Translations under genes and position numbers: made by a program
Source: Tubiluchus corallicola
Lineage: Eukaryota > Animalia > Priapulida
Assembly (NCBI GenBank): GCA_030141605.1
Contig: JAQGDQ010000583.1
Location: 1 to 64,000 of the forward strand
Direction of reading: 5' to 3'
DNA length: 64,000 nucleotides
Shown: one piece after another, positions 55,774 through 64,000 of the stretch
Layout: each line of letters begins with the position of its first letter
Position numbering within the stretch: position 1 is the stretch's first letter
Notes under the pieces: model-generated
Told to the model about the DNA's origin: nothing
Databases searched by the model: none
What the model saw: only the letters and a program-made list of their open reading frames with translations

Positions 55774-55990
55774 GAAAACATTTCGTTTCATTCATCAAAG
55801 ACATGCTCCATTTCATTCCTTTACCACGATTTCCCTGTCCAAATCAAGCCTGAAGGAGCAAAACTGTAAAAGCGATATTAGCATCGCTTGTAAAGCTTCA
55901 AGGACGGCATTATAATTATATTTGACGTAATAACTGTAAAACTTACAATCATATAAGAAGTTGACCTATACGTTGCAAACACAGATATAC

Positions 55991-56104
55991 CTTTAGTGCA
56001 GTCTGACCCGCCCCAACCTGGCGAACATGAACATGTGAAACTATATATGCCATCAAAACACGTTCCAGCATTTCTACACGGGTTTCCACTGCAGAAATCG
56101 TTCT
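55991..56104 (-). CDS. EGF exon
   Basis: cacag|NDFCSGNPCRNAGTCFDGIYSFTCSCSPGWGGSDCTK|gtatat; phase 1/1. Confidence 0.92.
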
Positions 56105-56483
56105 CTGTGATAAAAAAAGCGACTGTTAGTGAAAACGAAAGTGACTGCAGAGCGTATGTGTAGAGAGTCTGCAATCTACATGCTTGATGAATTGGTGGTA
56201 CACTGTGCAGAATCATAGAATGCAGTTCCTACACTGTTTAATTTAATTGCTTCATTATTCATTATGCATTAATATTCGCCTGTTTACAGCATAATCATGA
56301 AAAAATTTTCCTCGGCGTCGGGCTTGTTGGTTTTTCAACATGCAAAGATATTACAAGTAGAATAATATGTTATAGAGGATGTTGCAGTACATGTGTTTTA
56401 TAGAATACGGGGTGTTGATTTTGAAATTATTTGTAGAAGTAGTTGCCTATTAAATGGCTAATAATTGTAAAAAGGAAGCATAC

Positions 56484-56606
56484 TATTCTGGCAGTTGTTC
56501 CCACTTGTTGTCGATAGGCAGTCACAGGAATAACCTCCATCTTCATCGTCATCTTCATCTTCTGTACAGGTACCTCCCCACATACAAGGAGATTGACTAC
56601 ACATGT
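56484..56606 (-). CDS. EGF exon with acidic loop
   Basis: ttgtag|(D)MCSQSPCMWGGTCTEDEDDDEDGGYSCDCLSTTSGNNCQN|gtatgc; phase 1/1. Confidence 0.9.
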
Positions 56607-57716
56607 CTACAAAATGCCAAATAGTATAGTTGCAACAGTATTCTAAGGGTTTGACACGTTTAGTAATAATATCATACTATGGTTGGGTGAAAATCAAAAA
56701 ATGACCGGAAATTCAGAAGACTGAGTAATGTGTTGCGACGGCTTTTTAATATTATTAATAATCATAACTTGTTAAGCAACAATAAAATGTAGATCATATG
56801 TGACCAGAGAAGGATTTGTCACAGTCAACCATTACATTTTTTTAAAAACTTAAAACACAAATTGCAAGGCTTCTTTTTTAATCAACAGTCTATTGAACAA
56901 GCCTGTCGTTGTGTTCTGTGGGACAGCTTGAAGAAACGCCATTTCCGGTGCCATGTTAGGTGGCGTATTCGGCTAACTAGGCTGAAGCTCAGGGCGTCAA
57001 ATTTCGAAGGTGCAGTGCTAAAAATTCTTATTCTCCTCGGATACTGTGCGGACAATTTTATATTCGTATCTTATAACACACTACAAAAGTAGTTTCTTTT
57101 ATGGTTAACAAACAAGTGCAGTTATTACATAAAAGGTATTATACAGCAGTTGCGCAGCCAGGTGAAACATAGGCACTATGCAAATATATGTAATTAACAG
57201 TAATCACGTAGGAAACAGCGCTACACATGCATCACTAGTAATTGTCTATTGTGATTCATATATAAACAAGAATAAATTAATAAATAAAGGCGGGCAGGAC
57301 TGAACTATCAGCTTGGGACGTCGTAATGTCGCGATGCGACATTGCTCTTTTCTTGAGTACGTCCTTTTTATACAAATATTTAATTATTAGTCTATCATTA
57401 TCATTATCTTTTCATTCATGTTGTCAGTTAATGTTGACTCATGACCACGACGTGTGTTTATAACAACTGAAGTTACACAACAATAAGGTTGGTTAATGAA
57501 TGTATAGGCGGCAGCCGGGTTCGACACTTAATCTAGATGATTTTATTCGTAACAATGGCTATTTATTTATTTATTTTGCCGGGGGATGTATTCACGTTCC
57601 AGTTTTGGCTAAGATTCCTCTGCTCACCCAGTTTTTTGCGTTAAATAATTATTTAAAAGAAGGTTACTATGATTTGTTATTGTTTAACATTCTTTTTGTA
57701 ATGATATAAAGTTGGT

Positions 57717-58204
57717 TACGGCCAAATCACGTTGAAAACACCGTCTGATCACCGAAGTTAAGCAACATAGAGCCTGGTTAGTACTTGGATGGGTGACTGC
57801 CTAGCAATACCAGATGCTGTAGGCTTGCGGGATGCCCACATTGTATCTCAACACTAGGCGGAGGAGCTGCACAAACAACCAACGGCTAGAGGCTAGAGGA
57901 CGGAGGAGGTCAAGTGACCCAACGGCCATGTGTAGACGAGTAAACCTTCCAAATCAGGAGTGAAGCCCCGAAGGTGGACCAGTGCAGCATGCTCACTGAT
58001 TCCGGCAGCTCCTGCAGCCAACCTGGTGCCAAACGTATCACCCTGCTTTCCTTTGGACTACACCAGGGAGGAAGAGGGGGTTCCTGCGGTTTGGGCAACT
58101 CAGGGTCTCCATACACCTTGCCCAGGCGTGCGCCCTGGAGACGTTCAAGGATCGGACGCACATTCCATTGTCTTCCGAGACAGAGGGATGCCAACAACAA
58201 CAAC
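57717..58204 (+). mobile_element. 5S rRNA-derived SINE (SINE3-type) with RTE-like 3' end
   Basis: 57717-57825 is a degenerate 5S rRNA (TACGGCCA..ACGTTGAAAACACCG..GATCACCGAAGTTAAGCAAC..GGTTAGTACTTGGATGGGTGAC..GCTGTAGGCTT), then a GC-rich body of about 370 bp and a (CAA)n tail; TSD AAAGTTGGTTAC at 57708-57719 and 58205-58216. Confidence 0.88.
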
Positions 58205-58472
58205 AAAGTTGGTTACAACGTTAATAATACCTTAAATGGTAGTCCCGCGTAAATTTGTAATAAAAAATTGGACATCTAGTACGCCGCCCTTGTTCAGTTG
58301 CCATATTCACATTGATAGATGGCATGTTGCTTGCGTATGTAATTATTATTATTATTATTTTATAGATATATCTTTCTCATTTGTTCTATCATGGTTTTAA
58401 GCTTATGATTACTAGACTATAATAATAAATGACTGGTATATTATGCATATTTAATTATATTCTGTGAGTTAA

Positions 58473-58766
58473 GGCCTATTATTGTCATAGCTACATCTTC
58501 TCACAGGTGCAGACTAATTAATAATAAAAAACAGCACGTTGCTGTGTATCGGATAAATAATGAAACCGGCTGGCCTATTATTGTCATAGCTACATCTTCC
58601 CACAGGTGCAGACTAATTAATAATAAAAAACAGCACGTTGCTGTGTATCGGATAAATAATGAAACCGGCTGGCCTATTATTTGTCATAGCTACATCTTCC
58701 CACAGGTGCAGACTAATTAGTAAAAACAGCACGCTGCTGTGTATCTGATAAATAATGAAACCGGCT
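58473..58766. repeat. 99-bp tandem repeat, 3 copies
   Basis: Units start ggcctattat at 58473, 58572 and 58671; near-identical. Confidence 0.95.
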
Positions 58767-59666
58767 GCAAAGTCTACATCATTTGGTCTAGCATTTCAAA
58801 GCTTTTCACTTTCAGCTTTTAGCTTTTGTATAAAGCAATTTGAAGTGTAAAATACTTACAAAAGCTGGGTGTATATTATGCATAATTACTAGCGGAATTA
58901 TACAATGAAATACGTATACATGTCCTTATTGCATAGTTATTTGCTATACTGAACATATAAAGGACTGCGGTTTACTCATAGTCGTCGCTGATATTTTTCT
59001 CAAAATATATTGAAGTTAGAAGAGGAGAAATTGGAGGAAAAAGAGATGTAATGATAGTACAAATTGATGCCCTGATCAAAAGTTCTCAAATATAGACGTC
59101 AAAAATAACAGAAATTCTTCTCCACTTTGCTTGCTCCAGGTGTAGTACGAATTAGAGCAAAATTGCGCATACCCTCCGTCGGGTTTCGCCGCTAGGGTCT
59201 TAGCAACCACCCCTGAACGGTTTGAAGTTGGTGTGCTATTGGTGGGCCTCGGTTCGAGAACGACATCCTGTAAGAGAACTAACAAAGCAAGCAAGTGGGA
59301 GACATTCACCCGCTTAAAAAGAGCGAACAAGACTCGACCAAAAAAACTTAGCTAACCTACTAATTTTGTGAAAACTAGATTGTTATTGTTAAATAAAGTT
59401 CTGTACTCATGACCGAAACATACAGCTGGCTGAACATGAAAATCCCAATCTACCCTTGAGGGCCTACCACTCCTTCACATTACGCCGAAACAGTTGGAAG
59501 ACAAGTCCTGGGAGGACGGGTGCAAGTTTGTCCTATTTGGCGTTTACACACTTTGGTGCGAAATTATAATATGGGTAAATAATATACGTTTTTTCTAATT
59601 TGATTTAAGAAATTAATAATTAGAATTTTGATTAGAAAAATTGGGACTAGTACGCTTTATACTTAC

Positions 59667-59986
59667 CTCCATTTGGGTTAAACAGATTTGTCACTTTGCA
59701 TGCAAAAGAACGTCTTTCTTGGTTGCACTGACTTTCGAACCATTTGAACGAGTCAGGTACATCAGCATGGTACATGTAAGTACAGTCTTTACTGATATCC
59801 AACATGTTGCCATAACCAGCCATAACTGGTTCCTTTTTCCAGTATGTCCACTGCAGCCAATCAAATTCACCTTTCGAGTAGTCATACTGACCAACGGATT
59901 GTGATAGTTGGTCATCGCTGGTCATCCATCTGTACTCACCATCTTTGTCATTATATCGCAAGGACAACCAAAACTTGTCAGTCGTT
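59667..59986 (-). CDS. C-type lectin-like domain, C-terminal exon
   Basis: tttcag|TTDKFWLSLRYNDKDGEYRW...WTYWKKEP...KDCTYM...KWFESQCNQERRSFACK...|gtaagt; phase 2 in, 1 out. Confidence 0.88.
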
Positions 59987-60377
59987 CTGAAATTATTAAG
60001 CTATTAATGTTTTTCATATCGTAGCTTATAGTTTCACAAGTACACGAAGGATAGAATGTTCTTGTATTGCAGATGCTGGATAGGGATTAGCTAATGACAG
60101 TTGCTTGCATCCCCTCACTTTTTTATGAACAACATTGTAAGGATTGCTAACGAATTTAAAGGTGTATGAACATTTTGAAGCTACGGGGATTAAGGTGATC
60201 CATAAAACAGGCCTGTTCCGTAACTATTGACATTTTATTAAATACAGATACACAAATAGTGTGACATAGTTTGATTTATGAATGTTCAGAAAACTTAAAA
60301 AAGACATTTTTTCGGGATGGAAGTATTGTAAACTGTTCCTCATTTATAAACAGATCTCCGTATATAACAAAGATATG

Positions 60378-60840
60378 TTTATTTATTTACTTCATTTATT
60401 TATCTTATTCACACCAATAGTAAAATATAGTCTATAATAAAAACCATATATGTATATAAAACACGTTGGCAAAAAACATACAAATACAATATTTACAAGA
60501 GCGTGGTAAAGACACAGAGAGATTAACTGCTTACATGTGTCTATTGTGTACAAGAAATTTATGCAAGTTAACTTTATATAAGCGGCTTTTAAATAACAAA
60601 ATTCTGTGCAGTTACGAGGAGTGCACCATCAGCATATGCAGGCAATGAGTTCCAAATCGGTACAACTCGATTTGAGAAAATGATACTTTAGCAGTTCGAC
60701 ACACGGAGAGCTTCAGAGAATGATTTTGCCTTGTTCTATTGCGGATAAAAAATTGGCAAAATCACCATCAACATCTCTATGAATAATTTGATTGCATAAA
60801 GTTAAATCTTTCTGAATGCATCTCTCTTCTAAAGAGCTTC
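60378..60840 (-). mobile_element. Decayed CR1 LINE 3' end
   Basis: Minus strand SLEERCIQKDL...RTR.NHSLKL...NRVVPIWNSLP; (TAAA)n tail. Confidence 0.75.
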
Positions 60841-61189
60841 AAACATATCAAATATAGTATTAAAACAACATATAACAACTGACAATCAGTTGGCAGCTAT
60901 TACATTTATAAAAGCTATTCTTTGGGGTGTAGAAACCAAGTATTTTGATTTCTTTAGGAGGTCTAAACAGTGTGAAATTTTAAATGATTTGACCATTTGT
61001 TGAGACCAAAATGATAACACAATTGATGCTATGGTTTTCTTCTTCTTCTTCTTCTTCTTCTCCTTCTTGTTTTTTATTATTATTTTTTACTTTGCTTTAA
61101 CAAATTAACAAACTTTTTTAACATGCACAGCTTGACCTAATATATTGTAATTCTTATCATTTGTTGTCTTTCCTTGTGTATTTCCTTGT

Positions 61190-63095
61190 GGACCCTCAGA
61201 CATGCCAATAAAGATCTTAAAAGACTGTGCCAGCATCATTACTCCTCATCTAACATATATCACAAACCAAGTCTTAATGCGCTCAGAATTTCCAGCAGTG
61301 TGTAAACAAGCAAACATAACTCCAATACACAAGAAAGATGCTAAAGATGATGCTAAAAACTACAGACCAATCTCAGTAGTGCACGTACTAGCCAAAGTAT
61401 TTGAAAGAGTTATCTACAACCAAATAAACCATTACATTGAAAATAATAAGTTACTGTCAAATCATCAATTTGGTTTTAGAAAACTACATTCTACAATAGA
61501 CGCGATAATTGATGCCACTGAAAAGTGGCGTTACAACTTAAATAAAAATAAATATATAACAGCAGCATTTTTAGATCTAAGTAAAGCTTTTGACAGCCTC
61601 GATCACAATTTACTGCTAGACAACTTACGCCAACTAGGATTCGATTATACTTCTCTCAAACTAATTAATAATTACCTACACAATAGAAAACAAAGAGTCA
61701 AACTGAACAAACACACTTTTTCAACATGGGACACACCACAGAGAGGCATCCCACAAGGTACGATATTAGGTCCATTACTCTTTTGTTTATACGTTAATAA
61801 AATTCATTTAGTTTTACATAATTCAGACTTAACACAATATGCCGATGATACAACACTCTATACAGTACACGCAGACTTTCTAACATCAAAAAATAATCTA
61901 GAAAAAGACATAACAAATATAAATGCAGCATTTAACTATTTTGGTTTAAAAATGAATGATGATAAGACAGAATTTATGGTAATATCACCCAAATCCAATG
62001 ACATTACTTCTAATGCAACACTAAAAGTAGGTGACTGTTCCATAGAACAAGCAAAAACTGTAAAATTTTTAGGCATTACTGTCGACAATAAACTCACTTG
62101 GGATGAACAGTTTCATCAAATACACAACAAGATGGCATTAAGCACGACATTCTTACGCCAAACCAGAGGCCATCTAACCAAGAAAACAAAAATTCTCATC
62201 TACAAAAGTCTAATATTACCACATTATCTATATGGTTGCACTTTACTTCAAAACGTTAAATATGAAAACTTTAGAAAACTAAATACAATGCAAAACTACG
62301 CACTTAGATTAATTCATGGCTACTCTAACAAAACTGCTAAACAACATGCTGCTTCTGCAACAAGCTTAAGAACGTCCACAAAAATACCAATATTAGAAGC
62401 CTATCGAGATTACAAAACACTGATATTTCTTTATAAATATATAAATAAACTGAGCATTCCATTTATAAACAATCCCTTAGCATTTATTCCTGATACCACA
62501 TTGAACACTAGAACATACAATTTAAAGCAAATTACAGTAAACAATAAATTTGGAAATAACTCTATATCAAAACAGGCCATACATTTATGGAACTTACTAC
62601 CCAGTGCAATAAAACAAATAGAATCTCTCCACCACTTTAAAAAGAAATTAAAAGAATATCAATATAACAGGTTTCAACTTCCACATTGTGCATCTGATAC
62701 TAATTACACGGACTCCACCTTCATATACCCCCGCCCCTGACTCCATATAATGATTAAAAATGAAATTTTTTTAAAAAAATTATGTAATGTAATACGTGTT
62801 ATGTTAGTTTCGTGTTTCGTAATGTTAAATGTATAAATAGTGTGCACTATGTAATGTAAAATTTAATGTACTTTCCTATAATTGTTTGTAAAAATATTTT
62901 AATATGGTATTTGTAAATATGTTCATTATATTGTATATAGTTTGCACTTTAGTTTTTTTAGTATGCACTGGACGCATTTGTCTTGAACAGTGTTGTTATT
63001 TTAACATTACGCTGAGGCTAACTCAATTTTATTATAATGAGGGAACCGTTTTTATGACAAATAAAGAATTAATATATAATATATATATATATTTA
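61190..63095 (+). mobile_element. 5'-truncated CR1/L2-group LINE, antisense in the CTLD intron
   Basis: Starts at GPSDMP; RT ORF; AT-rich 3'UTR ending AATAAA then (AT)n; no endonuclease domain. Confidence 0.9.
61202..62740 (+). CDS. Non-LTR retrotransposon reverse transcriptase (truncated ORF2)
   Basis: NYRPIS, QFGFR, FLDLSKAFD, GIPQGTILGPLLF, YADD, KFLG, LWNLLP motifs; uninterrupted 512 aa. Confidence 0.93.
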   Translation: MPIKILKDCASIITPHLTYITNQVLMRSEFPAVCKQANITPIHKKDAKDDAKNYRPISVVHVLAKVFERVIYNQINHYIENNKLLSNHQFGFRKLHSTIDAIIDATEKWRYNLNKNKYITAAFLDLSKAFDSLDHNLLLDNLRQLGFDYTSLKLINNYLHNRKQRVKLNKHTFSTWDTPQRGIPQGTILGPLLFCLYVNKIHLVLHNSDLTQYADDTTLYTVHADFLTSKNNLEKDITNINAAFNYFGLKMNDDKTEFMVISPKSNDITSNATLKVGDCSIEQAKTVKFLGITVDNKLTWDEQFHQIHNKMALSTTFLRQTRGHLTKKTKILIYKSLILPHYLYGCTLLQNVKYENFRKLNTMQNYALRLIHGYSNKTAKQHAASATSLRTSTKIPILEAYRDYKTLIFLYKYINKLSIPFINNPLAFIPDTTLNTRTYNLKQITVNNKFGNNSISKQAIHLWNLLPSAIKQIESLHHFKKKLKEYQYNRFQLPHCASDTNYTDSTFIYPRP

Positions 63096-63704
63096 TTGTA
63101 CCGCATATGAGCATGAATAAACGGTATAAATAAGTAAATAAATAGACACATCGATGTACTAATCACGAAAGAAACAAATTAAAAGAAATTTGCACAAAAC
63201 TTTGCTGATCATTATATGGCAAGGTATAGGCAATACACACAGGCCGCAGGTTAGTTTAGGAAGATACTGAGCTGAAGAAGTCGGAGTGGGATAGCTTCAA
63301 AAGCCTCTAAACTACGAAAAAGACACGAAAATGGCAATTAACATTTTTAGTGCCACATCACTTATACTAAAATGTGAATTTCGCACACAACTCTTCTTTT
63401 GTAGCCAAGGTGACCTATGATCACGTACATGCAATGTCGCGGTCGCAAGATCATCCTTCATACCGTGATTGCTGGCTTTCCGAAATTTTCAAAAATTTCG
63501 ATCGTTTCTCAAAATTTATTGAGCCTAGAGGTAACATTATTGCATGCCCTTTGATTACGTTACTGATGAATTTATTTTACTCGTTATAAACAATGCGTCA
63601 AAATTAAGTCTTGAACAGGAAAATTATAACCTATCTACATCATAATTTTTTGCAAGAGCCAGACAGATTGTTGTAAGAAAACGACATTACAAACATCGTC
63701 TTAC

Positions 63705-63882
63705 CCAACAGTACCCCATTCCAACAATTTGCGCACATCTCTGTTTTCCATGGTAAACAAACTTGCCTCTCCGTTGAAGCAATGCTTCATAGCCACATCT
63801 TGTGGCGATTTATTAGGACCTAAAGTGTAGCACTTTCCCAGCCTGTTGTGCTCCTGATCATCGCCATTGCAGAAATATTTAA
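63705..63882 (-). CDS. C-type lectin-like domain, N-terminal exon (gene continues beyond the window)
   Basis: atctag|KYFCNGDDQEHNRLGKCYTLGPNKSPQDVAMKHCFNGEASLFTMENRDVRKLLEWGTVG|gtaag; phase 2 out joins 59986 to give G-TTDKFWLSL. Confidence 0.82.
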
Positions 63883-64000
63883 CTAGATAAAAATGGTTTA
63901 TAATTTATAACTTATTTGTACACTCGGCTTGTTTTAGAGGATTCGTAACGATGTTGTTTGCTATCACTTGTGAATCTGTTTTGCTCTCGAATAGACAATT

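Noticed and set aside
57717-57825. Functional 5S rRNA gene
   Set aside because: Internal deletion, helix-breaking substitutions, no T-run terminator, and enclosed with a body and tail by a TSD
59076-59530. 84-aa ORF and GC-richer intronic block
   Set aside because: No homology recognised; the flanking exons already join in phase without it

Overview
AT-rich genomic DNA from an invertebrate animal, with spliceosomal GT-AG genes and many microsatellites and transposon remnants. Three minus-strand genes can be built with phase-consistent exons. (1) A GABA-B-like class C GPCR: signal peptide plus the start of the Venus flytrap domain (exons 4790-4554, 2679-2542, 1530-1354). It is cut off in exon 3 by a fold-back inverted duplication (arms 1-764 and 1364-2100). 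(2) A secreted Thr/Pro/Arg-rich mucin-like protein with a cuticlin-type ZP-N domain (23857-18042); no ZP-C exon could be found. (3) The 3' part of a large extracellular protein with a C-type lectin-like domain and about 27 EGF domains, 24 of them in one 3045-bp exon (63882 to about 49058). Between and inside these genes lie non-autonomous DNA transposons of hAT, Tc1/mariner, PIF/Harbinger and Kolobok-like type, several with visible TIRs and TSDs. There are also RTE, RTEX-like and CR1/L2-group LINE pieces (one with an open 512-aa RT ORF), a tRNA-derived SINE, and a complete 5S-rRNA-headed SINE with an RTE-type tail and a 12-bp TSD. No CRISPR or prokaryotic system is present. All calls come from manual reading; no database searches were run.
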